This document shows positions 38,626 to 53,100 of a stretch of DNA of 64,000 nt, in pieces. Location: NCBI RefSeq assembly GCF_009914755.1, contig NC_060935.1. The stretch is one strand, 5' to 3'. A program made the position numbers and the translations under genes. The notes beneath the pieces were generated by a model. It ran no database searches. It saw only the letters and a list, made by a program, of their open reading frames with translations, and was not told where the DNA came from. How positions within the stretch are numbered: the stretch's first letter is position 1; every line of letters begins with the position of its first letter. The DNA comes from the human T2T-CHM13v2.0 reference genome, Homo sapiens.

Positions 38626-38994
38626 AACATTCAGATGAAAGCCCATTGGAAGAACATAAAAATATTTGAAAAATTCCAAAATCAGGCTTTACTTGATATT
38701 TGGGTTCTACTTTTATAAATCTGTATTAAAAAACAGATTCAATGTCACAGTTCAGTTTGTCATGGAAGCCCCACCTCCCACCAAAACCAGGGCCTAGGTT
38801 AGTGGATGGGCCAAGGAGGGCATGGTGCTTAGGAAGAGTCCCAGGTTTGAGGCTCTTTGGCAGGGATGGGGATCAGCCCTGTTCAGTTTTGTGTACCAAA
38901 CTCCTGAGCCACTCAGTCCAGGGAAAATACCAAATTGCTGGTAACCTAAATGGGAACCAGCAAGGTGTAGCAGAAGGAACATAGGGAGATCTGG

Positions 38995-39474
38995 GTTTTA
39001 TTGAATCGTGACTCCCTAAAATACCACCAAATCCCTTGCTGCTAAGGCAAGGCCGAGTTTATTGCTTGCTGAGGTCAGAGTCAGCTTTGCCTTGATGGAG
39101 TCTTAATGTCTCAGAGGGTATAGAGTAAAATTGGGATATTTATGAGGTTTTGGGGAGTCTTCATGAGGATGGGGTGGAGCATGATATAAAAGCTTAAGAT
39201 TAGTGGATACAGCAAAGCCAGAGTTTTGCAGAGACTTGGTTTGATGCTATATATTGAAAAACTGAGCAGTTGTAAATAGGTTTTTGAGAAGTTCTTGAAA
39301 CAAATAATAACATTTTTGCAGCTTTGATCTTTCTGGCAAAGAGTTTCCTGAGGAAGAGCAAAGTCATGTTGATGACGACAATGGAATTGGAAAGTCCTGG
39401 CAGGGAAGTCAGCTGAAGAGTCATTTTAGCATAGACAGTAAGCTGTCTGGATACAGGCCGTTTTTGATTCTCAG
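38995..39474 (-). mobile_element. Probable ERV1-type solo LTR (MER67/MER89-like) nested in a MIR
   Basis: Ends 'gattctca' (TGAGA start on minus), 'tttatt' poly-A signal on minus; MIR-like sequence on both sides. Confidence 0.4.
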
Positions 39475-39696
39475 TCTGACCCCTGGCAGTAGCTTGCCAA
39501 CTGTGTAACCAAGTCCTTGTTTGTGAAATAGAGATACTCCTCCCTACCTGACAAGGTATTTTTGAGCATTGAGTCATATGATATGTATACAGTACCCCGA
39601 ACAGAGTAAGTACTCAACTATTAGTTCCTGTTCTTTATATGCTATCTCAAACCAAGGCTCATTACAAGCAAAATTGTATTATATTGATATATGACT

Positions 39697-40166
39697 CTGT
39701 TAGGGTTCGATTGCAGACAATTGAATTCACTCTAGCTAGTTTATGCTGAAATGGGATTTATTATACGTGTTAGTACTACATTTGCTTACTGACTCCATGG
39801 GAGGGCTGAAGAACCAATACTAAGTTGAACTTTCAGGAATAACTGTCAAAAACTATCTTGAAGGACTGGGCTGCCAAGAGAGCTGCTGCCTCTGCATAAT
39901 CATGAGGCTGATGCCCAAGAATAGTGCTGCTGTAGCCAGGGTCCCCAGCAGCAAAACAGGTCTGCTGCACTCTGCCTTTCTCTGCACAGGACTTAGCTCT
40001 CAATCAAGATCTTGCGCAATGCATCTGCTCCAGGGAACCTAATTCCCACATAAAACCTCTGCTGCAAGGGCATCTGGGAAGTGTAGTTTTTGGTTATCCA
40101 GCCTCATCGTGCTAGAAGGGGGTTGGACTGGATGTTGAGCAAGCCAGTTGACATTATCCACCATAG
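39697..40166 (-). mobile_element. Ancient MLT1 LTR
   Basis: 'gctgcaagggcatctgggaagtgtagtttt...ggatgttgagcaagcc...tccaccata'. Confidence 0.6.
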
Positions 40167-40669
40167 CTGCTACTAACATTTTACCATCCAGGCACGGTGG
40201 CTTCACAGATAAGGGACCTCAGGCACTGGCCTCTTCTCTTTCCCCTTCCTTGTCATTTTACTGCCTGCTGGACTGTTAGCCTTAATGGGAGGAGAGGCAA
40301 CTAGAGGAGCACAAATAAACTGCTCTTCTTTGCTCTTTACAGGCAAAAGAGGAAAGGTGAAAATGAATGGCTGCTGGTGTAATGTACAGAGCATTAGGGT
40401 AGAAAAATTACACCTGCGTGTGTGTACTTGGGTTCATTGTCCTTATTCTGCCTACCCCAGGCTTTGGGCAATGTACTTTTCCCCATGACCCAAATATAGT
40501 TCACATCCACGTTCACCTCATCTTGTTCTCAGCCCCCTCTTCCTTGAGTCATTCATTAATCATGACACATCACACAGTTGCATGAGAAGTAGGTACATTT
40601 ACTGTGCATCTGGACCACCCTCTTGAAAATCCCTTTGAGACCCATTCTCTCAATGAGGAATGGAAAGCA

Positions 40670-40830
40670 TCATGTTTGAAGAGAGTGGAAGCCTGGGTTT
40701 TTGCTGTAGGCCAGCCCATTTCCTTGCTCTGTGATCTTCGGCAAGTCATTTAACCTTTTGCTTCAGTTTCTTTGTGTATAAAATGAGACGGCTGGGGCAT
40801 ATGGGCCTGATGGCTTCCTTTCACTTCTTT
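40670..40830 (+). mobile_element. MIR fragment
   Basis: 'ctgtgatcttcggcaagtcatttaacc...tcagtttctttgtgtataaaatg'. Confidence 0.7.
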
Positions 40831-42009
40831 GGTTCTGTCGTCTCTTTGGGGGAGTTCAACTCTCAAATGACAGTTGAGAAGGTGACTTGTTTTCTGAAGT
40901 GAGACCAGTGGGTTTTGCCACCTTTTCTGTGACCTTGACATCCTAATAAAGATTTTCACTGGCTTGGTTTCTATCACTCTTCTAGCACTTTCTGCACTCA
41001 CTGCATTGTATTTCTGATGTTTTGTTGGCACTTCTGTCTTCCCCACAGTCTTTAAAGACAGCTCTCCTTTCTTATCTTCTTAGCTTTAGACCTTACAGAA
41101 AAGGCCAAACCTTCCCTCCATGGTTTGCAAACAGAAAACACCAAAGACATTTCTAGACCACACTTCTGTTTTAATTTGTGCATTTTACCTCTAGAGAGCC
41201 TTGTACTTGCTCCCTGCTTATTCTCATTCCTTACTCCATTACCAAAAAACCCAGCTTAGTTTATTTCCAGTGGTAATGGGACCATATCACTTAACATTTG
41301 GGATGCTCAAGAGGTACAAAGTCAAGCAAGCTCATGCGTCATTACAAAGATGAACTATTGCCTTTGTTAGGCAGCAGAAAGGACCCACTCGGGAAGTGAA
41401 GGTTAATGTTCGGTTTCATAGTGAAGTATAAAAAGGTCAGAAGGAGCCATAAAATTTTCATAGTGTTTATGCTGCCTCTTCTTGCTTGGCCTGCACTCTC
41501 AATTCCATCTGAGGCAGGAGGTTTATGATTTAGAGCCTTAGCTGATCTGCATAATCCATTAAAATGTCACTTTTTTAATTGCAGAAGCTATTCCTCTGAA
41601 GCATACACCTGCCGCTGCTGGAATTTATAGCCAGGACATGGTGTGATTTGTGTTTGGAATGAATGTAGCCACCTCTGCCATCCCAGGCTGCCCTCAATAA
41701 TGTCCCTCTCATCATCCCCAGAAACTGAAGGCGAGTTGAAATGACTCCTGCACCACAGTGTTCCGTGTTCTCCTCCTGGTGCCTTTAGGGACTCATTTCT
41801 CTCTGTCAGTAATTGCTCTGCTGGTGCCACATTTCATACAGGGGAGAATTCTACACACAGCATCAAATGAGAGTGGGTTTTGAGGGAGGCTTTGGAACTG
41901 GCTGCTTTTAGCACATTGGTGATCACATTGTGCCAAGAAGCTGCCAAGGGAGCCTTCATTAGTGTGTGGCATGGGACTGGCTTGGAGAGTTTAGAGCAGG
42001 GCAGGATCT

Positions 42010-42363
<354 letters not shown>

Positions 42364-42779
42364 AGGACAAGGTTTGTTTCTAAGACCCCAGGACTGTTTG
42401 TCTCTGAAGTAAACAGATGTGGAGGACACTAATGTTGAACTCAGGCATCTGAGATGCTCTCCAGAAAGCCCATGTCCTAAAACAGGGGCAGGTAGCCCTG
42501 AAAGCAAAGGCATAGTGATGCTGGCGAGGACGTGGATATAGCGAGAAGAGAAGTAGGCTGAGATACTTCTGCAAATCACCTAACATGTGAGGGTGTGAGG
42601 CTGTGACCTCCTGGGGAGTAAGAAGAGAGGTGAGGCAAGTGCAGAGGCCGCTCCAGTGGGTGTTCCTCAGAGTCACCACACGTGGCCAGCCCTGGAGAAT
42701 CTGACCCAGAAGACCTGGGTGGTAACAGCCAGATGTGAAGCCAGCTTTGAGAACCACTGGGATGGAGAAAGCAAGTAGG

Positions 42780-43335
42780 AGCAGCATGGTGCTGCAGAAA
42801 GGGCACAGGCCCAGGAGTCATGCAGACTGAGTTCAAATCCCACTCAGGGAGGTCAGCATTGGAAATTGTTTCCTCTACCTTCTTTCCAAGTGTGCCTTCC
42901 TAGGCCTCAGAAGCTGGAAGGCTAAACATTAGTTTTCCATGGCGTCAGTACAGCTAGAATGTGGGCTAGGCTCAGCCAATCAGATGTACTTCTGTGATGC
43001 CCAGAAACAGAGGCCAAGCTTCTGTAGCTGCTGTTTCTCCAGCCAAGCACAGGCACGGCTGTGTTGGCTTTTGTCTGCAGTATCCCAATTTTCTGCTGTG
43101 ACTTTGGGTGAGATCCTGGAAGGCTTGTCTCTAGAGGCTGTTTCTTCAGGCCTCCTAATCAATTCCTTAAGCCATTTATTATCCCTAGTAAACCCTTCCC
43201 TGCTTATACTGGCTTCTCTGCAATGGAAGTGTGACCAATGCATGGGGATACTGATATCTTACTCAGGTGTTGTGGGAGGATTAAAAAGATAACATATGTC
43301 AAATATCTGTAAGTAACTGGCCCTCAGTAAAATTA
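42780..43335 (+). mobile_element. MIR interrupted by a probable old ERVL LTR (LTR33-like, ~42850-43230)
   Basis: MIR head 'cagactgagttcaaatccc' and tail 'atggggatactgata...ggaggattaaaa' separated by ~380 bp containing 'cagccaatcagatg'. Confidence 0.5.
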
Positions 43336-43589
43336 ATTCCTTTTCAGAAAGGAAGTGTATTTCCAATGGGAAGATGCTGGGAAAGGCCACTGGAGGAATC
43401 GGTGATGCAATGTTACCAAATACCTGTGTACAGTTCCATCAAACATTGAAATGCGTGGTTGCCCAGGTGAATCTGAGCTATCTGGTAAAATGCAGAGCCT
43501 TGGTGCCTAGGATGGATGACTATGAGGTCTAAGTCCCAAATATGCACTGACCTTAGGGTGAACTGTAGAGCTCATGGATGGAATTTCCT

Positions 43590-43835
43590 TGCACAGATGG
43601 CACATGTCAAGAACCTGGACTTTGGAGTCTGACTGCACAAGCTTAAGTGCCAAGTGTTACCCTCTCTAGCTTAGGTTAGTATCTCACATCTCTGGACTTT
43701 AGCTTTCCCACCTGTAAAATGGGGGTATTCAGAGGACCTACCTTTCAGCTGTAAGGACTGGACCAGGTGATGCATCTGAAAGGCTCAGCTCTGCCTAGCA
43801 CATTATGAGTTTGTACACAATAAAGTTAGCTGCGA
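43590..43835 (+). mobile_element. MIR SINE
   Basis: 'ggactttggagtctgac...cacctgtaaaatgggg'. Confidence 0.7.
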
Positions 43836-44210
43836 TTAGGTTGAAAGTGATCATTTATCTAGAGCTTCCTTAGAGTAAGAAATTTACTTCTGGTCTTTTT
43901 CTACAAGCTAGTTAGCCGTTTCTCCTGGATAATCTTGATAAGGTACTACTGCAAGTCTATGACTATCTCAGAATATTCTAATTTTAGCACTCTAGAGGGT
44001 CACGTAAAATGTCAGTGGCCAGATTGTTGATTATGTGGGAGACATTTTTATTAAAAGATGGTCAGAGTTGTCTATTTAAAAATAGACAAGGTACAAAACA
44101 TGGACATCCTTCTTAGAGTGATTGGAAGGTTAATAATGGACATAGAAAATAATTTTGCAGCAGTGGGTTCTGTTTTAAAAATAAACACAATTAGCTTTTT
44201 AATTGGCTGA

Positions 44211-44597
<387 letters not shown>

Positions 44598-46959
44598 CCT
44601 GCTCTAGGTAATATTCGAAATCCTTTTAGTGCATTATCTCCTTCAGTTCTCACATCAGTTACATGAACAAGGTAGTTCCTAGGCGACAACACTGAGGCAC
44701 GGAGAAAAGCAATTTGCCCAAGGTTACACAGCAAATAAATCTGAAGCTTGGGTTTTAATCTGAGTCTGTCAGATTCTAAGGCTCATGTTCTTACCCACTG
44801 AGACCAAAGACAGAAAAGAAAGTGGAGAGAAAAATTGCACAGGGTTGAGAAATCTGAGAGCCTGTAACCTTTGGCGGTGATACCTTAGCTTGGGTCCTCT
44901 CCCTTGATGATGTGGTGTAATCAACCTCAAGATACAGGGACAGAGAACATCAGTGGTGCCTTCTCCCAGGCACTCTCCACACAGTGGTCAGGAGTGTCAG
45001 CTGGGAAGCTTTCCTTTTGGCCTGTGAGGTGTGTGGGACTGTACTAAACTGTTCACAAATAACCACAAAAATGGGGCAAAATGAAAATAAAACAAATATT
45101 TTTCCAGCTAAATAGAAGATTTGGTGGTAGAGAGTGGAGTCTTCTCATGGAGGAATGGGTGTTTTTCCTCACGGAGGTAGAGGTGGCGATGGTTTTTTAA
45201 TCATACATCAGGTTGAGATGGTTGATGTTGTCTGCAGGGAGTCTCTGGTTGCTAGTGACACTCATATTAGCTGAATCAGAGTACATCGTGGCATGTAGAT
45301 CCTGGAATCCCAGAAGAGAACGTGCCACTGGGCTTGGTGGGAGAACAACCATTCAGTCCAGGGTCAGCCACCTCTGTTTCTTTTCTTTCTGTTTCTTCTT
45401 CTCTCCCCTCCTTTTATTCCATCTCCCTCCAAATTTCCTCATTTTCACTTCTTTCTGATCCTCCCCTTTATGTGTATCTGAAGACTTTCTGTGGATCCAT
45501 GCTGCAAGTGGCAGCTTGCAGCCCAGTGTCCCCTACACAACTAGCCGCAGCTCTCTGTGGCCCAGAGACAATCTGACGGCTGTGAGGCCAGAAGTGATTG
45601 GCTTCTCCTGGGGCAGACGTTCACTCTTGGGCCAGTTGGCCACAGGGGGTGGTAGCAAATGAACTTCATGTTTGCAGGATGGGGCATTTGTTGGAGGAGG
45701 GGCTGTGTGCTAGATAGATGTTCCTGGACACCAGTGGACAAAGTGATAACCATTTATTTGTCATCTACCCTCTATAAGACCCTCTACTGTCTGAAAATTA
45801 AAATGAATGCTCCACTGACTCTTCCTAGATTATTATGCTCCTACCCCAATTTAAGGTATATGGAGAAGCAGCTGTCTAAGGAAGTGAATGACAAAGGAAG
45901 ATGATGCTACAGCTCCCTCTGCACCGGTTACAAGGTTACCTCAGAGAGAAAGGTTGAGTCTTGTTGCAGCATGAGCTATACAATCCTTCCTTCCTGTTCC
46001 AGATATCTCTTTGGAGGAATCTGGTCTACCTAAAGATTGACAACCTGGAAAAGCACCAGAGGCTTATCTCATTGAAGATTAAGCATTGAACATGGTTTTG
46101 GAGTAAACTACACGAAGAATAAACTCAACAAAACTAAGTAGTATTTTATGCAAAGTCATTGAAAAACACTGAAACAATGAAAAAATTTAATTTGGAGAAT
46201 TCGTTTCCCAGAATTTGTTGGGGGAACCACGGACTGATCAACCCTTTGCAAACCACATTCTTTTTTGACGTCTACACTGACTCATGCTTGGTGACATCTC
46301 CACAGGGTTTTCCATCAACATTTTCATTTTCTGTGCCAGATTAGGAGGACTTCATTGAAAATCAGTTCCTACAAAAGTTCTTTGTCTTAAAATAGTTTAT
46401 TTCTCCCGGCTTCATATCATTTTGCTCTCATACAAAGAGGCTACAGAGCAGTCTTTGCACAGGCTTTGCCTAAGCACTTCCTGGTGTCTTTATTTAATCA
46501 CAGTTTTATGAACTCTTCATATACCAACCAGCCAATTTTGCAGCCTCAAAGTCATGCTCAGGAGACAGACACTGATTTTTCCTGTAGTCAGTTTTAAAGG
46601 CTTTACCATCTGGGATTTTTTAGTAACTTGTGAAAAGCAAATGGATGCCATGTTTTCAGGATTTTGCAGCCCAGACTCTAGGGTTGTTGTACATGAAATG
46701 CATGGTAATAATATAAACTTGTCTCACGTTTGCTTATGAAGCTAAGTCATCAGAGTAGATTCTAAGTAGCTGATATCTTGTTTAATTTGACTTATTGCCT
46801 TAATGCTTACTTGGTGCATAAAATTGATATTTTAGTGAAAAGTTTTGCATATATGAATTTGAGTGTTCTGAGAATATTAAACTCATAAGAGGCCACCATT
46901 CTCATCTCCCCCTCCCCCACAGCAATGTTGCTATGTCCATAGAAATTGGAAACCAGGTA

Positions 46960-47520
46960 GGATTCAGTTGACTTCACCAGGGGGTCGTATTTATTTGCAG
47001 TGAATAAAAGCCACCTGAGCTGTGGAACCCAGTGGTTTGGAGTACAGCTAAGTGCCTCCCCCACCCACCAAAATGTGGAAGCAGGGCAGCTAATATCTCT
47101 TTCTCTTCTTAAGATTACATGGTCTCTTCCCCCTACAGCTCCTGGACCTGTTCTGTTCTCTCTCTCTCCATACCAGTGTTCTCTGTTTTGGCATGTATGT
47201 GGGCCAGACATGGCTTCCTGTTTTATGTCACTTCCCTAGTCAAGCACCTAGTGTCTTCAGGCCCCAGTTTCAAATTCCTGGGGAAAAATCCAACTAGTTC
47301 AAGTTGGACGAGTTATCCATTTCTGGTCCAAGCATCTGTGGCCAGGAAGCCACAGTCATATGACCAGCAGTCTGCGCAGCTGGGGCTGTGAGAGCAGATG
47401 CTCAGCCATGGGGGAGATGACACAAGTAGGTTTCCCCACGTGGGTGGTGAGCAGGAAATCGTCAGCAAGGGAATCATGAGTATCTTTGATTCATCAGGTG
47501 TGGAAATGGTTACTTTGCAT
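46960..47520 (-). mobile_element. Ancient MLT1 (K/L-like) LTR
   Basis: 'ttcaaattcctggggaaaaatcc...tggtccaagcatctgtggccagg...gtcatatg'. Confidence 0.45.
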
Positions 47521-47849
47521 AGCAACTGCAGCGTGGGATACAAGTCTGTTTTCTGGCCCATCTCTGTCAATCCTGCTGATCTTTTCCTCTTTTTCATTTG
47601 GTTTCTCAATCAGTCTTTAACCTCCTCCCTTTGCTTCTCCTTGCTTCATTTTACCTCCTCTATCTCTGAGTCAGTGCTCCAGAAAAGTAACGTGATGCAT
47701 CTGTTGGTAGCAAGAACACTATTAGAGGGAATCCTCTAGTTCTGGTGCTAGACCTTTGGCAAGTCACTCAAGCATTATTGGTCCTAGCTTCATCTGAAAT
47801 TGAATGCAGTTGGACCAGATGCTAGAAGGAACCTCAGAGATCACCTTCC

Positions 47850-48035
47850 CCAGAGATGCTAAACATCTGTCCAAATTCATGCTGCCATTCTGTACTACAG
47901 CACCCAAGGCAGACATTGCTAATTGATCCCAGAACCCTTCCCTGCCAATCCAGGACTGTGCTTAGAATTCTTCATAACAGTCTAGGCAGCCACTACCAAT
48001 CAGCTGGAGGTGATTCTTGAGATGTGATCAGCTAT
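47850..48035. mobile_element. Probable ancient hAT-type MITE
   Basis: 'ggcagacattgctaattgatc...aggcagccactaccaatcag' resembles a recurrent eutherian DNA-transposon fossil. Confidence 0.45.
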
Positions 48036-49414
48036 ATCTGAGCGAGAAATCTGAGCAACCAAATTACCACAGCTATATCTGAGCAAGAAATTGAGGCCCA
48101 GAAGTCTACCAACTTTTCTTACTCCTATCTTCCTTACAGGGATGGATATGTGAAGCCATTATTCCTAATTCTCTGAAGTTATGAGGGAAAAAATAAATTC
48201 CCTCCTCTGCCTTTTTCTTCCTAATTATTCAGTCTTAAAACAAACAAACAAACAAAAAACACCTGTTTTCTTTCTGACCAATCCAACCTTTAATTTCTCC
48301 TATGGCTGAAGAATTGGCAACTTTTTTTTTAGCAAAGGTATGGAATCAGCCACATTTGTCTAAGCTCCCCAGAATTAGACTGGCTCACTTTGCAACTGTG
48401 TGGTGGCAGGCAACAGTGAGAGTTATTTTACTTTTTGAAAATATGTTTTCTGTAGTTATATTTAGACTGAAGAAAGATCCTTGCATTCTCAGCTCTAATT
48501 ATATTCAATGTGCCTAATTGCTATTACTCTCAAAGATGATATTGAGTGAGGTCGCATCTTCAATTCACGTTTCTCATTTATTTTTACAAATGACACAGCT
48601 TTGGAACATCTGCTCTGCCTATAGAACACTCATTTTTGCAGATGATGCAGCTGTAATGGCTGGTGGCAGAATTGTTTCCTCGATGACGATGCTAGGGTAT
48701 GTCTCTCCCTTTCCGCCTTTCCTGCTAAGATGCTGTTTTTAAATTCACCTTCTGGAGTTCATTTCCCCAAGATAGATGGGTTCACACTTCTAAGGCAGCA
48801 TATTTCTATTATTTCTGCTGAAGGGCTGCCTCCTGGAGTAGTTAACAATGGCAGCCACCCTGTGGCAGGTCTACCTTATGTAACGCCTCTGTAGCTGGGG
48901 GAGCTGTAGGTCTGGGAAGAAAGGAGACTAATGCAAACATAAAGATGAAGGGAAACTTGCCAAGATCATACCTAGGGTAATATCCATATCCTGAGTGCAT
49001 ATGAGCCTAGAGTTGGCTTTCTAGTAAAAAGAATCCTTGGTGTTGATAGAGAATGTGGCCATTATGCCTTATTCCCCCTTGGAAAGGGGTAGTGCCCTAA
49101 GCAAATGAGGAAGAGTTGGGTTCATATAGACTGAATTAAACTCCTTTATGTCATTATTATTAATGTTTAATTCCAATTTCAAAATGTTATAAGTTAATAA
49201 AAGCAAGGACATAAATGCTTCTATTTCTGGAATCAACCACCCATTTTTAGGAAATACAGAGGACAGAGGAACATGTTGAAATGAGTCATGAATGTGTATC
49301 ACCACAGTCCAGACTGTGGGAAACTCCGCAGGTAAAAGGGCTCAGGCTCTTCTTCAGGAGCAAAAGGAGTGGAAGGGGAGAACTTAGAGATTAAGAAACT
49401 TAAAAGACATTGCA

Positions 49415-49710
49415 GGCAGGCGCGGTGGCTCACACCTGTAATCCTAGCACTTTGGGAGGCTGAAGTCGGTGGATCATGAGGCCAGGAGTTCAAGACCAGC
49501 CTGGCCAAGATGGTGAAACCCCATCTCTACTCAAAATACAAAAATTAGCCAGGTGTGGTGGTGGGCACCTGTAACCCCAGCTACTAGGGAGGCTGAGGCA
49601 GATAATTGCTTGAACCCAGGAGGCAGAGGTTGCAGTGAGCTGAGATTACACCATTGCACTCCAGCCTGAGCAACAGAGCAAGACTCTGTCTCAAAAAAAA
49701 AAAAAAAAAA
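49415..49710 (+). mobile_element. AluSg-like
   Basis: 2-bp-deleted 'ggatcatgagg', 'gccaagatggtg'; TSD aaaagacat(t/a)gca. Confidence 0.93.
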
Positions 49711-50344
49711 AAAAGACATAGCAAAGGGAAAATTTTTTTCTTGGGCAAGATTAATCTATGTCTACAGTGGTAAAACTACTGAAAAAATTTCTTGTTTTAA
49801 AACATGCTAAATTAGCAAGTTCTTGATTGGATTTCAGCTTCTCATGCTACAATTGGGAAACTGAGGCTTAGATAAAGTGATTTGCTTTACATGTAAATGG
49901 GAGCATGTCGGGGAATTGCAAGCAGAATCCAGATCCCCTGGCCCATTGTGTGATGTTTTCCCTCTTTCCCTTGAGTATGATCCTGTACTATACATTAACT
50001 TTCTCTTTGAGTTCATTGAAATAGATAAAATCACAGCAGAGTCAACTACATATTGGAGACTACTTTGTGTTCATCTGTTCTTTTAATTGCTTTTCAAGGA
50101 AAGTTGGCTCTGGCTTTGTCCCTTGTATAGTGGCTGTAAACCTAAGAACTATGTCATACTGTGACTTTTTAATTCATAGAATAAAGTTACTATTTTGCTT
50201 TCTACTTGCTATGATATTATAAAGTCTGTTTTATTCTTTTGTGCTATTAAAATGTTCTAAAGTTGCCATTAAAGCTGTAAAATCTAACTTTGGTTATTAA
50301 ATTTTATTTTCCCCTAATAGTTCTTCTGGCATTGATTTAAATTA

Positions 50345-50584
50345 CAGGTTGAGTATTCCTTATCTGAAATGCTTGGGAATAGAAGTGTTTCAGGTTTCAG
50401 ATATGTTTTGATTTGGGAATATTTACATTACACTTATCGAGTATCCCAAATCTGGAAATCTGAAATCCAAAATGCTCCATTGAGCATATCCTATGAGTAT
50501 CACATTGACACTCAAAGACTTTTGGATTTTGGAGCATTTCAGATTTTGTATTTTTGGATTTTTGGATTTGGGATGCTCAACCTG
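50345..50584. mobile_element. Tigger4a/MER46-like MITE (Tc1/mariner-pogo)
   Basis: TA|caggttgagtattcc ... gggatgctcaacctg|TA: terminal inverted repeats with TA target duplication. Confidence 0.9.
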
Positions 50585-51490
50585 TACTCATTTTCACATG
50601 TGTAGCACATTTTCTTGGGGAATCCAATCTTAAATAGACTGGATGTTTTGAACATGAGAACTGTCTAATGTAGGTTAACATGAAAAATAACCAGTTAAAT
50701 ACTCAGAATTCTGAATAAAGATGTGTATCACTACCCTGCAAGTGATCTAGCCAACAGATTTACCCTACTGAAATTAATTTAGTGTTAAATTATTCAATAT
50801 TTCAATCCATTTTTTTTGAGAGAGTAGATTTTAAGGAAGACTCTATAATAGAAATGTTGATTTCTATATGCTCCAGTGATATATATTTGTCATAACTTAT
50901 TTTTATTTTTGAGAAGAGCCAGGATTTCAAGCTCAAATACAAGTAATTAGCAACTTAACCAATGTGCTACAAGAAGCATTTGATTTCTCTTGGTATTTGT
51001 AAGAAGTCAACAAAACATGTCACTATTTCACCAGCAAATGGCTGTAACAATTATTTACTGTGAAAATAATAGTGTTAACAATTACTTCAGGGTAGGAGAT
51101 AGAATTGTTTGTTATTCATCTTGAGGGTAGGTAGTAGTTTATGTTTTTAACTTCAAGAAGCTGTGCATATATAATGATACTGAACAAGAAGGGTGTAAAA
51201 TCACAAGCTATATAAAATTCTGACCTCAGAACAACTGTTCTTTCTTTAGAGGGGGGTACATCAGAGAAGGAGAGCATTTTCCATCATTTAAAAAGTCTTC
51301 ATTTAGGCAGTTTGTCCTTGGCCATTCAGACAAGCCCCTCACAACCTTTAATGCCAGAATGTTCTGTGGAGGCTGCCACTCTGGTGCCCTCCTCACATTT
51401 CCTCTTTGCCTCCCCGACCCCAGCAGTAAGAGGTACGAAATATCCTTCTCTATGATACTTACCTATCAAAGGAAATATCGGGTCGCCATC

Positions 51491-51974
51491 TTTTTTTTTT
51501 TTTTTAACAACTTTACTAAGGAATGACTGACATACAAAAAGTTGCAGATATTGAATGTGTATAACTTGATGTGTTTGGAAATAGGTATACCATGAAACCA
51601 TCAAACCATCATCACTATCCATGCCCTGAACTTATCCACTATCTCCCAAAGTTTCTTCTCCCTTCCTTTTTTTTCCTTTTGTGGTAAGAGCACATAACAT
51701 AAAGATCTAGCAAATTTTTAAGCATACAATACAGTGTTGTGAATCATGGGCCCTATGCTATACAGTAGATCTCCAGATCTTATTTATTTTGTATAACTGA
51801 AATATTGTATACCCTTTGACCAACACTTCCCCATTTCTCTCCCTCAACAGCCCCTAGTAACCACTATTCTACTCTCTGTTTCTGTGAGTTTGGCTATGTT
51901 AGATTGCACATATAAGTGAGCTTGTGCAATATTTGTCTTTCTGTGTCTGGCTTATTTCACTTAACATAATGCCT
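51491..51974 (-). mobile_element. L1MA9/10-like 3' fragment
   Basis: T15 tail, 'gcatacaatacagtgttg...tacagtagatctccaga...tggcttatttcacttaacataatg'. Confidence 0.87.
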
Positions 51975-52230
51975 TCTTCAAAAAAAAAAAGGTAGTTCAT
52001 TGATTTTCAGACTTGGAGCTCTATGAGCTCATGGACCAGTGAAATGAAAAATTTCAGAAGCTCAGTTTAGATTTACTAACTTCTCATTTGGTCAAGTAAG
52101 GGCATTAACAAAACAATAGCTACACATGCTGTCATTATTGTTTAGAAAACAAAGGAAATATTGACACTAAAATGGAGGATTATCCATTAGACCCAGAAAG
52201 GCAATTGGTGGACATACACCCCCCACCCCC

Positions 52231-52231
<1 letters not shown>

Positions 52232-52273
<42 letters not shown>

Positions 52274-52293
52274 CCTCTCTCTCCCCCTCTCTC
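52232..52293. repeat. Compound (CA)n/(CT)n microsatellite
   Basis: About 19 uninterrupted AC units followed by CT. Confidence 0.95.
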
Positions 52294-52411
52294 GTAATTG
52301 TTTTTTCTTGTTTTGTCTTGGTTGGGTGAAAACTTTGCATCAAGGATTGAAGTTTGAACTGGCATTCAGAAACCTTGCATTGAGTGTTTTGTTTTTAAAA
52401 AGTAACATCTC

Positions 52412-52709
52412 AGCCTGGTGCAGTGGCTCATGTCTGTAATCTCAGCATTTTGGGAGGCTGAGGCAGAAGGATTGCTTGAGGCCTAGAGTTCTAGACCAGC
52501 CTGGGCAACAGAGCAAGACCCAATATCTACAAAAAAAAAAGTACAAAATTCACTGGGCATGGTGGCACATGCCCGTAGCTCTAGCTACTCAGGAGGCTGA
52601 GGTGGGAGGATTGCTTGTAAAAGCCCATGACTTCCAGGCTGCAGTGAACTATGATCTCGCCACTGCACGCCAGCCCAGGAAACAGAGCAAGACCCCGTCT
52701 CTTAAAAAA
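52412..52709 (+). mobile_element. AluJo-like
   Basis: Full dimer; flanks share aaaaa...catctc. Confidence 0.92.
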
Positions 52710-52802
52710 CGAAGCATCTCTAAAAGGTAAACTCTTCATATTTTCAAAAGAATATTAAACACCTTGGGGTAGGGACCTCATCTTACGTGCTGCTCTGTAG
52801 TG

Positions 52803-53100
52803 AGGCAGGATACAGTTGCGGTTAAGAATGTAGACTCTGGGGCCAGACAGCCTGAGTTAAAATCACAGCTCCACCACTTACTTACCGACTGTATGACTTT
52901 GGGTAAGGTTTTTAACTTTTCTGTGCCTGCATCTGCATCGGTAAAATGAGAACAAGAATTTGTCCCTTCCTAATAGCATTGTTGTGAGTCTTAAATGTGT
53001 TCACATTTGCAAACACTTAGAAAAATGCTGGACTGTAGGAAGTATTCAGGAAGTTTCATGTCTGGCATGTGGCAGGTACTCAGCAGGCTTATTGAATGAG
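52803..53100 (+). mobile_element. MIR SINE (near full length)
   Basis: 'ggttaagaatgtagactctggggccagacagcctgagttaaaatcacagctccaccacttact'. Confidence 0.9.
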
